A DNA stretch of 52,612 nt, filler included, from Jimgerdemannia flammicorona (lineage: Eukaryota): assembly GCA_003990765.1 (NCBI GenBank). It is 2 parts of 2 records of this genome, joined end to end, with 100 filler letters (N's around TTAATTAATTAA, not from the genome) between each part and the next. Parts side by side here need not be neighbours in the genome. Positions count along the whole stretch, not along the records: positions 1 to 26,257 come from RBNJ01000744.1; positions 26,358 to 52,612 come from RBNJ01000745.1. One strand, written 5' to 3'. The translations under genes were made by a program, and so were the position numbers. Positions 23,501 to 36,470 of the stretch are shown one piece after another. A model generated the notes under the pieces. The model was not told where the DNA came from and made no database searches. It saw only the letters and a list, made by a program, of their open reading frames with translations. Within the stretch, counting starts at the first letter, position 1; every line of letters begins with the position of its first letter.

Positions 23501-25860
23501 CTTCAACTGAGATTTCACTTTTGGCCAAACTGCTTCTGATATTGATAATTCTAGTATAGTTTTGTGGTAACTTGACTTCAATTCCAGTGCCAAGTAGGGT
23601 GGTGATCTGTGGTTCAAGGATAGCATCTTGAATGCTGGCAAGGCCCATTCCTATGGCTCCTTCAGTCTTGTATTCTGGGATCTTGGCTTTGGGGTGAAAC
23701 TTCTTCACCTTGAGGGTGATTTCTGATTCTTGTTCCTCCTTATCATTACTGTCAGCTTAAAGCTCTGGGGGCTGGTCATCTTCTTTGATTTTCTTTTTTG
23801 CTTCAGCAGCTTCTTGCTTGTATTTCTGTTGGTGGATTTTCCTGACTTCACTGATACAGGACCAGCAGTTATTCAGGTGTTCAGAGCAGTACATCCTAGT
23901 ACCATAGGGGTATCTTCCTTGAGGGACATAGCCATCAATAATCTTATTATACTACTGCTCATCTGTGAGCTTGGGTGTCTTGTTCTTGTTCTTGTTCACT
24001 GAGTACATGAAGACCTCTGTGTTCTCTTCATCACTTTTCTCCATATCTGGTAGAACTCCTTTGTAGACATTGATAGAGACTCATACCTTTCTTTCTCTAT
24101 AGTTGATCTGCATCTTCTGGGCATTGAGGTCAATGATGGTCTTGGCCTTGTAAAGTCATTGGTTTCCAATGAGAATGTTATAGTTAGTGGTGCTTATAAC
24201 AATCACATCTACTGAGATGGTAACTCCTCCTATCTTGATGGGAACTTCTCAGATTTTGTTAAGGGGGATAGCTCATATACCATCTACTGTGACATAGACC
24301 ATTTTGGTGGACTCTTCAATATTCCAACCTAGGTGATCAATTGCCTTCTTGCTTATAAGACATCCTCCAGCACAGTATCAATGATGGCATCAAAGATATA
24401 GTCTTCAATCTGATATGGGGTATAGGCTGATGTCTTGCACTGGTCTTCAGATTCTTTACCTGAGTTTTCGGATTCTTCCTGTACATTGTGAGCTTCTATA
24501 ATCTTGTACTCTTGATTCTTAGCAGTAGTTGCAAGTCCTACTCTCAACTGCTGTCTGAAGGCAGAAACTTTGGCTAGCTGTCTAAAAGTAGCATTGATCT
24601 TCTGTTCCTTGAGGTCCTTGTAGATATCATACTGGTGGACCTTGGTCTTATGCAGCTTCTGTTTCTTCTTACTTTCACTTTCTCCTAAGACTGGAGTAGT
24701 GTCTTCAATAATTTGGCAGACAGCTTCATCTAACTCCATGTCTTGATCAATCTCCTCAAGTTGAGTCTTGCTTTGAATAGTGATAGCTGGGGTCTTCTTT
24801 GGTCTTCCCACTGGCTTGCTGTTACTCTTCTTGTCATAGGGCTTGGACTGGGTTCTGTTATCTTCAGTAGTAGGGTAGAATTCAAACTCCTCATAGTATT
24901 CTTCATCATCAGTGTTGCCAATCTCCTCGATGACTACTGCATTGATTTGTTCTCTAGTTCTGCTGACATTGCTTGGTTGGGCTTTGCATCTTATTTCAGT
25001 TATACAATTCTTTGCATAGTGGCCTTCTTCTCTATATCTGAAGTATGTGATATTGCATTCTTCTGTAGCAACTGCAAATCTCTGCACTGGTCTCCTGTTG
25101 GCACTTCAGACTTCTCTAACAACATCACCAAGGTGTGCTGTCATCTTGGCAAACTGCTTGGTAAGTTCCTCCACTGAGTTAGCTTTGGCTACCTTGGGGG
25201 TAGGTGGGGTTGGTTGTCTGTTTACAACTGTAGCAGATATGATACTAGTTAGCTTTGATGGCTCTATCTTAATACTAGTTATTTTCTCCATTGAGTATTT
25301 AGCAGAGTGTCTGGTAGTCCAATATCTCTGTGCAAAGACCACTTTCTGATCAAGGGTCAGTATAGCTAGGGTAGACCAGATTGCTAAGACAATTTCAGGG
25401 TGAACTCCTTTGAGAAAGGTTGAATCTGCTATTTGTTCCTTGAGGGCATCATTATAGTCAGCCAAGATAATCTGGTGACAGATTTGAGTATAGAATGAGT
25501 TGGGATCTTCACTAAGTCTCTGGCAGATAGTGTTGAGTTGATCCTTGAGAGCTTGCTTGATCTCTTTGGTATAGTATGTTGTTCTGAGGAAGGCATTCAT
25601 ATTGGCAAGTTTGGCTGCACCATTATCAGCAATAGTAGCTGCATTGAACTTGTCTCTAGTAGGTCCTCTGAGGCTGAGTGGTAGAAGGGCCAATTGTGCA
25701 TTCACACTATAGTGGTGAATTATTCAAAGTCTTCAATGAAGGTCAGGATTAACTCTTCTGTAGTATATCCATAGAATATAGGGGGTGTATTTTCATCTTG
25801 TCTTGAATTCTTGCAGAGGTGACTCTTGTAGTCAGGGTAGTTGTTATAGGGGTTGTTCAT
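20590..25860 (-). pseudogene. pol: E2 gag-pol polyprotein (gag, degenerate Zn knuckle, PR, dUTPase, RT, RNase H, IN with GPF/SH3 tail)
   Basis: IIDT(G)AGGCLISK, RLCIDYRKLN, MPFGICNAP, YVDNIIIFS, LQTDASAIGLGAVL, EGPFYI...VYRNRLKKY. Confidence 0.93.
23295..23708 (-). pseudogene. dut: E2 dUTPase domain between protease and RT
   Basis: GAIGMGLAS, IRSSLA, GGVIDPNYT, RIGQML, RGEQGFGSTG within ORF 23034-23708. Confidence 0.93.
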
Positions 25861-25916
25861 TTTTCAGCTTGAAAGTGAGAGATTCATCTTGAATCACCAG
25901 CCAATGGACACTAAGT

Positions 25917-26257
25917 TGTCACATAGTAGTTGCTGAGTCCTTCAAATATGCCAGATTTCTTCAAGGTGTATCTCTTAGACTAACTCAAGTTTGTTATAAG
26001 CAAGTTCTTATTGGAGTGCCTTCCCAAGGTCTTATAGTCCTCAAACTTCTTATCTTTAAACTGTCTTGTTATCTCTTAGATTGCTTGCAAGGAAGTGTGT
26101 GTATTATACTAAGAGAAACTGAATGGACTGACTTTATTTCAGAGGAAATAAGAGGGATATTTATACAAAATATAATTCAATGATTGCTAAGATATAAAGC
26201 TAAATATAAATTCCAATAACTAAAATAAAATGCCAGAACAGGAAAAACTGCTAAGTT
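25917..26257 (-). repeat. E2 5' LTR (partial, runs into the N-gap)
   Basis: Matches 18740-19080; followed on the minus strand by ACT + TAGTGTCCATTGG (decayed TGG-PBS). Confidence 0.9.
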
Positions 26258-26357
26258 NNNNNNNNNNNNNNNNNNNNNNNNNNNNNNNNNNNNNNNNNNN
26301 NTTAATTAATTAANNNNNNNNNNNNNNNNNNNNNNNNNNNNNNNNNNNNNNNNNNNN
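26258..26357. other. Assembly gap with artificial all-frame-stop linker
   Basis: N-run containing TTAATTAATTAA at 26302-26313. Confidence 0.95.
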
Positions 26358-28267
26358 AAAAAAAGGGTCTGACTAGAGGGGGTGCTGAAATGGGTGGGAG
26401 TTCCCCCAGGGTTCAGGAGGTCACTAATCAGTCTATTGGAGAACAGTCAAGCAGTATTGATGGTAAATGGGTACAGAGGTGTGACTTTTCCACTAGGTCA
26501 AGGAGTGGTATAAGGAGATCCTTTGTCATCCATCTTATATTCCCTTTTCTTGGAGCCCCTATTGGACAGAATCAGGTGTCAAATCGGGGGTTTGGACATT
26601 TTGAGAATTAACTGAAAAGTGGGGGTCTTTGTGGATAATATAGTGGTTGGACTGAGTTCATTGGAAGATGTGGCAGAATTAAGGAGGTCTGTAGAATGGT
26701 ATGAGAGGGGCTTGGGTGCCAAACTCAACTAGTACAAATGTGAGACTCTGGTGCTAGGTAGTGGAATAGTTGGCAGCAATGTGATTGGAACAGTGGTGCC
26801 AGTAGGAGAACCAGTCTGATATTTGGGGATCTACTTTTCAGTATATGGATCTCTCCTGCCCCATGTATGGTGGAAACAGCAGCTTCTAGTATGGGGAAAT
26901 GTGCTCTTGAGGTGGAGTGGTCAGCATATATCCTTGGCAGGAAGGGTGATAGTGCTGAATGTATACTGACTGCCAAAGCTGTAGTATATAGAGTATTATC
27001 TAGACTTCCCAGCATAGGTGGTCAGGTGACTTCTGAAGATGGTAAGATCATGGATCTGGGCTAGATGGCAAAGTCAGATTGGATGGGAGGTTCTGACTCT
27101 GTTTATTGACAGAGATAAGCTAGGCTTGGTAGACTTTACCAAATACCTTCACTGCTTGAGAGTATAGTAGCTAAAGAGAGTGAGTGAGTTGAGGGGCCAG
27201 AAGTGGGTACCACTCATACAGAGGGTGTGGGAAGTCCAGTATTTCCCTCATGGAGTAACTGATGACCTGCTTACAACAGTGGCCCTGGATGGAAGCAAGA
27301 GGATATAGTATAAAGGCTTTGGTGGGGAGTGGTGGATGGCATAAGGAGAATTAGACTTCAGTGGCAAAGTGATGAGGGGGAGGAGGACTGGGGCCTGCAG
27401 ATGTGGAGATTGGACAGGCTATTGCTGAGAGGTATGTTGGTGGAGGATTTCCAGCTTAGTGATAGAATGGATTATATGCGGAGCCTAGGAGGGGACCTAT
27501 GGCCTGTAGCATAGCAAAGAGTAGAGATTGACAAGATGTGGAACTGGAATGGTCTTTGGTCTTGGAGTAAACAGGAGATATGGTGGCTTCCCCCCAAGTT
27601 CTGAGTAGTATGGTGGAGGTTTCTGAGGCGAAATGTGATACTGAACTATTGATCTGGGCACTTGATGGTAGATAGCATATTTGAGTGTGAGGAATGTATA
27701 GATGTTGGCCAGGAGGGGGGAGCAGTACAAATGTCTAAATATTGGCTTTGTGAGTGTGAAGCCTTGGGGGAGTTTTGGTATCATATTGTGAACTAATTAG
27801 GACTGTAGACCCTGGTGGGGGGGGAAGGGGGGAAATGGGGAGACCTCTGCTGAAGGCTAGTGGGCAGGGTTGGGGACAAGTGGTTAACCTTGGGCTGGGT
27901 TTTGGCAATTTGGGTTGGGCTGGTCAGGCATTGGTTATATATATTTGAGGAAGGTCAGCAGGTTGAGGTTGGGATAAGATGGCACAATAGGAATGGTTAA
28001 TACTTGATATTTTGAATGGCTGGTAGAGAGGGTGGGGACCAGATAGGGGGGGGCCAATGGAGTTTGGTAAATTGTATTTGCCAGAAAAGTGGAGGGAGGG
28101 TTTGGGTAGCAGGTGGCTAAATTATCCTCCAACAGAGAGAGATGGAGAGTGGAGAAGGAGATTCAAGGGGTATTGGGTGAGGGGTGGGGGGGGAAATTGT
28201 ATTATTATTTATAGATTGAGGTAATAAAGGGAAGTCTGAGTGACTATAAAAAAAAAAAAAAAAAAAA
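26358..28267 (+). mobile_element. L1/Tx1-type LINE, RT-containing 3' part with poly(A) tail
   Basis: VLMVNGY...GQGVV*GDPLS..LY...LEPLL, VFVDN (decayed AFADD); AATAAA and poly(A) at ~28246-28267; same family as 45843-47071. Confidence 0.88.
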
Positions 28268-29499
28268 GACTAGTAGGAAGGTTACTCAGCCACTAAGCAT
28301 AAAATCAGTGCCAAGATTATCAAAGATCAATTTTGAGAGTGTTTTTCAGAAAGGTGGCATCTATATATTTGCATGAGACCATGGCTATAGTGAAATAACC
28401 TTAAACATACAGAACATTCTAGATTTAAAGAATTGTTATAGAAATTGTGAGATATTTTTGAATAGGCTCTTGAGACAGAAAACTATTTTATATATCCTTT
28501 GTAAATTCAATCATATAACAAATTTAAATAGTCTCTTTAATATATATCTAAGCAAAAATAGTTCATCTTTAAAATAGAATATATACAGTAAAAAACACAG
28601 ATAAGCCTATAAATTTTAAATAATATTTAGAAGAGAGTTAATTATATATAAGGTTTAATTATTGATAAATATATTATATTGATTATTACTCTATTATAAA
28701 GAGGTTAATTTTATTGAAGTTGTATAAGTTGTATATTTTATATATTACTGATAAATGATATAAAACTGATGAGATAGTATAAGTTATATACTGATATATC
28801 AAGATGCTATTTCAATACTCTTGCTTAATGAGATATATATATAATAAAAAGAATACAAACTAGAATAAAAAGCAATGTAGAATATATGCAAAACTAGAAC
28901 TATATATAATTCAGAATTACAATTATTTAGAAATTTTTGCAGATTGAAAGTATTCTGAAATATCTATAGAAATATCTGCTCATAGATGAGAAATGTGAAT
29001 ATAATACCTATAAAAATATAATATATATATAGAATATAATATAAATCAACTAATAAATATAGGAACTGAACTTTAAGCTAAAGAAGAACTATTTATACCT
29101 ACTTAAAGCATAGGCAATTTGGTGAAAATATAGATATAGATGTTGAACTGTAGTAAAAATATAAGATATAGATATAAGATATATAGTTATACTTTATTGG
29201 CACTTTAAGACCCATTTCTTAAATATAGAGCTCAAACTTAGGCTTTGGAAGAGCTTTTATAAGTAAATCAGCAATCATATAGTCTATAGAGATATATTCA
29301 GATAAATATATAGTACTGTTTTCTATAATTTTCTATATAAAATGATAGAGTATATTGATATATTTTATTTTGCTATAATGGACAGAACTCTTTGCAAAAG
29401 CAATCATTAATTAGTTATTTTGCTTAATAAGTATAAAGTTTCCTAGAGTAAAGCTAAGCTCTTTTAGTAATTCATGGAGTTATATAGTCTCTTTTATTA

Positions 29500-32400
29500 T
29501 CAATGACAATACCTAATATTTAGCTTATATAGATGATATTACTACTGTACTCTGCTTCATATTTATCATAAGGTAACTTCTTTGCCAATATAAAAGAGAT
29601 ATCCTATCATGGATCAGCAATCATCCAGATCTCTAACTCAATTAATATCATATTTACTAGATAGTCATATGTTATTAATATTATTACTTCTGCTTAATCT
29701 ACTAAGAGTGAGTATATAGTATACTATATTCTAAATATATCTGAAAATTCTTTTAATTGTTGACTAATGTAAATTGTTATAGTAAGAGGAGTATAGTATC
29801 ACCTTATTTATAGTATATGATATATCAGATCACATTTCTAGTATCTGATATATAATAGAACTGACTGCTTACTAATAAGGAAATTATTATTAATAGATAT
29901 AATATAATCTAACTCAGTTATAGTGTCAGGCTTTCTTAACTTTATAAAAGTCATTAAAGTGCTAATAAGCTTGTATTTATTTATATTGAAATATTTAAGA
30001 ATTATCTGTAAATATAATACTTGCAAGAAGTATATAGTATATATATATATAGTGAATATCTCCAAAAGAAAAAAATATATCACTTATATTTATTATCTTG
30101 AATTGTTGGTATAAAGCTTCTTTAACTCTGTAATATATATAAGTCTGTTCTTACTAGCAATGATTATAATATCATCTACTTATATATCAATAAATATTAT
30201 ATCACTATCATCAAAATGTCAGATATATATATAATCATCTACTTTGTAAAATATGAATCTATTGTCAAGATTATACTTATCAATTCTTTAATTCCACTTG
30301 ATTGATACTGTATAGTCTCTTATATAATCTGTATATAAGGTCACCATTCTGGCTATAATATAGTTTATATTCTTTAGGTTAATAGATATATAGTTTAGAA
30401 TTAATATTACTATTTAGAAAGGCTATCATAATATCTATTTGATGGATTTTTAGATTATATAGCATGCTAATTATAAGCAGTATTCTTAGTGAGGTAAGCT
30501 TAAATACTAGAGAGAATATTTCATCATAGTCTATCATATAATCTTATGAATAACTCTGGGCTATAAAATGTATTTTTTTTTTTTTTTTAACAGACTCAAA
30601 GTCCCACAGATTTTTATTGAAAGGGAACCTAAACTATATAGGTCAAAACCCTCCCCCACCACCCATCAAGCACTGCTCCCCCATTAATCTAGGCTAGCTA
30701 TTGTCCAGCAGCTCGACCATGCCAGGCACGGTAGGGCCTATGGTGACCTATACCTCATTCTGTACACCATGCTCTTCCTACCACCAGGGGGAACCCAGCT
30801 ATATGCCAACAACTGAAAGTACATGCCCAAGACCCCAATGTATGTATAAGGCCATGTCTGAGCTGAATAGAATAGCCCCTGTCACCCTAAGAAGAATAAC
30901 AGGCAAAGAAAAAAACTTTCATCAAAGTATATCACAGTAGATAGGGCCTGGTTCTCCTAGTTGAGGTGAGTAAAGGAATTATATATGAGGTGGGAGGAGA
31001 CCCCCAATACCCCACTACTCAAGCCTGCAAGCCTTGATCACATTGCCATATCAGCTCCCAGTTCTAGTTAAGTGTAGCCAAGATATCTAAAATAGATAGT
31101 CTCAGGCCCCCTGACCCCCTCCAATGACCAGGGCCCAATCTTCTGAATTGTCAAAAGAAGCCAAGAGTGACACCTACCACCTAACCACTCTACACCAATC
31201 AAAAGGCCCCATCAAAGTAGTACCCACCCCAGCCCTGATGACCACCCCCAGCCTGGTACTCTACTGGTTCACTGTAATCACCCTTCCTTCTATCTGTAAT
31301 GGCCATCCCCCCTCCCATTCTGACAATACCTGAAAAACAGTCACCTACACCAGAACTGTACTCACTGAGAAGCTCATCTAAGCCAGAGGGCCCCACTACA
31401 GATACTGAGGACTTGTAGGTAATCTATACTGGGCACTTGACACCCAAGGTCAGCTGACTCCCTATGTAACCCATGACATACCAAGACAGTACCTTGTTGG
31501 TGATAGCAAAAGGAAAAAGACACTGCACCAAAACAGATGTACTCCAGATATAGCCAAAGCCATCAGAAACTGTGAAAAAGTAGAGAAGACACCTATTGGA
31601 CCCCAATAAAGGGGTAACTTATCACCATTGCCTCCCTCCCACTACCCTACAATAGGTACAGCAAACCAACATAAGGTAGAGGGGGTAATAATTGTGGAAA
31701 GTGGACTCAGAAGGTTGCCTACCAAACTATTATGACTGATAAGATAGCAGAGAAAGGAGTATGGACTATGAAATGTATGTTATACTACTCTATGTTTCTA
31801 TTAGTATTATATTTTATCTTATATACTCACTTGGATCTAATTGCTTAACAGTTTGACAGAAGAAGTACTAGATCTCTTATATTATTCTTAACAAGTAAAT
31901 CTTATTTATCATCTATAGCTTATTTCTATATCCTGCTATCTAGACTGATTACAGCTTTATTTTATATATGTATATAACTTATTATATATTGTAATATATA
32001 TATATTTATATACTTTGACATATGTAGCTTATACAGTTCTTATATTAAGAGATTTTTGCCATATCTCAATAATTTCTTAAATCAGAACAGATTTCATAGT
32101 AAATATTAGAATAATTTTGTATTTCTTTACTCTTGATAGATCCCTCATTGCTAGAGAATTCACTATTATCTTTATCTTTAATCTCTATTATTCCAGACTT
32201 AGCAAACTCTGGCTCATATAATAGTTGAAAATAATTTTGATTTACTACTAAAGAGATATATAAAAAATAGTTGTATTAACTTCTATATTTATACTAGCTG
32301 AGAAATAGAGATAAAGGTTCTGACTGATATTTCTATATAAATCTCTTTAGTTTTATCTTTTTCTCAAATATTGCAAAGCTGATAGAAATTACTACTATAT

Positions 32401-33700
32401 CTTAGAAATATATATTTATTAGCTTTTGACTTAAATTTATATTAGTTGATATTACTTTTATTGAGAATATATACATATATTACAGACAAATATATATAAA
32501 TAAGATATATCAGATATGTTCTACTCCATAACTCCTCAGGGGTATGATCAGTGTCTCTGGATTACTGATTATTATTATCAGATTTCTTACTTAGGACTTA
32601 AGAAATATACTAGTTATATATATATAGCTGTATTAATAACTTCAACTTAATATGAATACATAGTATATACTCTATATTCTATCTCATTCTCAGTAACTAC
32701 TTTAAATTCTTTGAACTCTTCCAAGGCTTCACTATTTATTAATAAGAAGTATATAATAAGTAGACTTGCTCAAGACTATAGATAAATGAATATAGAGATA
32801 TCTTGGATGCCTAGTATCTAAAATATATTTCAATACTGATGTTTCATCTAAGATATACATAAATCAGACATAGGCTACCTTTCATAATATTAGTATAATA
32901 TATATACTATTTCTATATATAATCTATCATTTTACTTAACATTCAATATTCTGTATGGGCTTTATACTTATGCTCTGTACTTTTATATATTTATATATAT
33001 TTTTCATTACCACCTACTCCTCTCTATATATTTATATATACTTAGTGACTGGGCTGGTTTTTTATATCATATATTTATCCAAATACAGAATAATGATTAT
33101 TTATTTTAAGTTCTCAGATTCTGAGATTGTTATATAGTTATTTATTATTTAGTAAGAGGTTATTGATTAGCAAGAGGTTATAGATATATTCTCTTCATTA
33201 TATAGTTTAACATTATATAGGTGTAGTATAGTTAACATTATGTAAGTATAGTATAGTTATTACTATATCATTATAGTGTAGATTGATATTATGATAAAAC
33301 ATTAAGATATCTTATATATAATAATAAATATAATGAAATATCTCTTCTTACTATAGAAAGAAGTATATATCAGCCTAAATATATCTATATATATGAGGTC
33401 TATAATCTTAGATATATACTTTAATCATTTCTCAAATAGCTATCAGGATACTTTGTTTTTCATACATACTGTATAGAAACTCTCAGAATATATTATCAGT
33501 AATTCTCTATAAATTCATTCTTTTTCATCCTCTCTAGATTTATATTATCTATATACCCTATCTTATATATTAGATATATCAGATATAGTTACTACATATA
33601 TAGAAGTTTTTATATTATTTGGAATTTTCTTAATTATATAAATATTGCTAGTTTTGATATAATCATCAACTTTTTATCATTCAAGTTATAAGCTATTATA
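29500..33700 (-). mobile_element. Highly decayed Ty1/Copia internal region (IN-RT-RH order), interrupted by the 30573-31761 retroposon
   Basis: Minus-strand relic motifs: EVINTAIY (IN), DLV...AIRSK*VYK, IAQSYS..MIDYDEIFS.V.KLTSLRILL, I*VDDIII (YVDD), MIAD (RNase H end). Confidence 0.75.
30573..31761 (-). mobile_element. Uninterrupted copy of the ~1.2-kb non-autonomous poly(A) retroposon
   Basis: Poly(T) 30573-30588; 16-bp TSD TGGGCTATAAAATGTA (30557-30572) / TGGACTATGAAATGTA (31762-31777). Confidence 0.92.
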
Positions 33701-33708
33701 CTCTTTGA

Positions 33709-36470
33709 TTTTTTTTTTTTTTTTTTTTAAAAAAAATTTCTTTATTAACTAATCTATAATATACTCATGGTACTCATACTATACTAGTAGCCACACCTAA
33801 CTACTACTCTACTCTACTCCAATACTCACCCTCTTTTTCTCACTTTCACTCCAAAATGCAACCAAGTTGCTGACTATTATAACTCACTCCCCACTCTGCT
33901 TATATATACTTTCTACTAATTACCTATAGCAACTCCATGGAGGCCACATCTCTTCCACCAATTAGACAGAATGTCCACTAATAATCCCTTTCACCTTACT
34001 ACTCTCTCTCTTAATAATATCTGTTGTTCAGTCAACTCTACTCATATCACCAATACCTACTTAACTATTGCTAATACTTCCCACCAATCTCTCTCTCAGA
34101 TCATCCCACCTCCTCACATCTCCACCCACTTGATACCACACTTGAAGATAATTCTCAACTACTGTCCAGAAGTCAAAAAATACTATATACTCTTCTAAAC
34201 AATATTCTGGAGTCTGCACCACTTCCTCCTTCTGCTCAACATTGAAGTATTTCTCATACTCAAAGACCCTACCATTGACTAAGTATCTAGACCTAAAGTT
34301 CAATATGATATTTCTCTTTAAGATATGCTACCATATTACTAAAAACTTAGTAAGAAGCTATCTCTTCATCTCAGCACTCTAGGACTAGATTTTAGCCCAA
34401 TTCTATTTCTTATCAATATCTGCCAGCTATCAGCCCATAGGATACAGATCATCTCCTATACTCTGTTGATACTCTATACTAGTCCTGATATCAAATTCTA
34501 TTATAGAAAAGCCACTCAAAAGAAGCCAGTTCCACCTCTATATCCCAGGTCCCCAGGGTACCTTCTTCTGATTTCCTTATCAGTATAGATCAATACAGTG
34601 AGTCCTCTTTACTACTCTCCACCAAAATCCTCTATACTTTAGATGTCTATATCTCTTTAATCTTATTAAAACAACAGATTACCAGAAGATCCTCTCAGAG
34701 AGTATCTCACCTTCTAGATATTCTACAATAAAGGCACTCACTCTATTCCCCTCAGCTCAATAGCCCTCTTCAGCCACTGAGCTTTAAGACAGTATAGCCT
34801 CTTGAAGAAGTCTACTAGATATAAATTTCTTTTTCTACTTGGGCTACCAGAACCTTTCAATAGACCTGGCTCTGTCTCTCTGCCCATATCTAGTCTCTAG
34901 TTAATTTCAATAGTCTGCTTATCATCTATTTAGAGAAGTTTGAGTAATATGCCAGATATTATAACTTCAGCAACCAGTAGATATTCAGAATTACACCCAC
35001 CTTATATGGGATATATAATACCCCCCCCCAACTCCTGTGAGCCTCTCCCTACTCTGTTACCTTCTTTTTCTATCAGATCTTGAGCCAGACTGATCCATAC
35101 ACTGACAGTAATATGCTCAGATATTATCCCACCTTCTCTGCTGATATAATAGTAGTTATAATATCTCTACTAACTAAACTATTCTCTAGTACTATTATCT
35201 CACACTTGTGCCAGTAGAGCTTAGTTCCAGAGTATTCATCATATCAATCAACAGCAGTATTCAGATTACCAATATCCTCAACTGAGCCAAGCCCCACTAC
35301 TATATTATTTATAAATACCCCACCTTCTATACTATCCTCAAGACTGATAGTCCTGCCACCTTATAACAAATTCTATTCATCAAAGACACCAGTGATAGAG
35401 CATATAGAATAGATTACAAAGGATCTCTATAGCCCACTCCTCTCTCTGATAGAAATAAAATACCACTATCTCTATTAATAAAGATTACTTCTCAGCTCCA
35501 CTTCAAAAAACTGACTATCACTAACTAAAATTCTAGAGAGATACTAATCTACTCTAATACTTTCTTCAACCAAATCCTATATATCTGATTATAAGTCTTC
35601 TCCTGATCTAAGAATACTAGCCAGCCATCTAATCCACTAGTTATCACTCTCTTAATCACTTCATATATCCAGAATATTCTATCTCTTATCAACCTACTAC
35701 TAACAAAACTCTACTGCCTATCTCCCAGCATCTATTGAACCACCTTCTACAACCTCACCACAATCACCTTTATTAGTAACTTCTGGTCTATAATTGGGAG
35801 CATAATTAGCCTCCAGTTTTTCCAATCCTCTCTTCTCCTTCTGTCCTTATAAAGTAATATACCAGTCTAAGTTCATGATTTCCTATCCACTCTCTAGAGA
35901 TAAGGATCATATTACATAACTTAGTTATCTCTACTGAGACCTTTTTAATACCCACTATCTTCTCCCAAAAGTCCCAATGCAAGCCATCCTTACCAGGTAT
36001 CATATCTAGTTTTATAGTAGACAAGACACTCAAAATCAACTCCTCTCTAACAGACTGAGTCAATTTCCAAGTCCAACCACCCTTAGGAGATACCAGTCTT
36101 CTAGGTATCACCCAATTGCCATCTCATCAGCCCCACTCTCCTTTTTACTCTATGAGGTTTCTTATCTAATCTTTAATAATTTCTAGATTCTCTATATCTC
36201 ACTCACTATCATATCATCATTATCAAGCATCCCCCATCTCAATACTGCCTCACCCTTCTCATCTACAGAAGCCTCAATAGATACTTTATTGATCTCTCCC
36301 CTTCCTTAAGCCCCTGCTATTTCAGCTATACTATTATATCTATACATATAAGTCCCTCTTTCTCCTCTCTTAACACTTTCTTCAATTTCTCTACTTCTAG
36401 TTATACTATCTCAGTCTCCAATCTTTCACATCCTTTTGTATCAATATATCTGTACTCTAAGCATACAACC
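33709..36470 (-). mobile_element. Decayed L1/Tx1-type LINE ORF2 fragment with poly(A) tail
   Basis: Poly(T) 33709-33728; PGKDGLHWDFW and NWRLIML motifs on the minus strand. Confidence 0.8.

Larger units (their letters stand above)
18740..26257 (-). mobile_element. E2: non-chromoviral Ty3/Gypsy LTR retrotransposon (gag-PR-dUT-RT-RH-IN + accessory ORF); 5' LTR cut by the assembly gap
   Basis: Direct repeats starting TGTCACATAG at 18740 and 25917; minus-strand TATAAATA/AATAAA in the LTR; pol motifs. Confidence 0.95.

Noticed and set aside
26302..26313. Perfect palindrome TTAATTAATTAA inside an N-run
   Set aside because: Standard artificial contig-joining linker with stops in all frames; not biological
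28270..29500. AT-rich stretch that may be another decayed transposase
   Set aside because: Too degraded to assign a family from motifs
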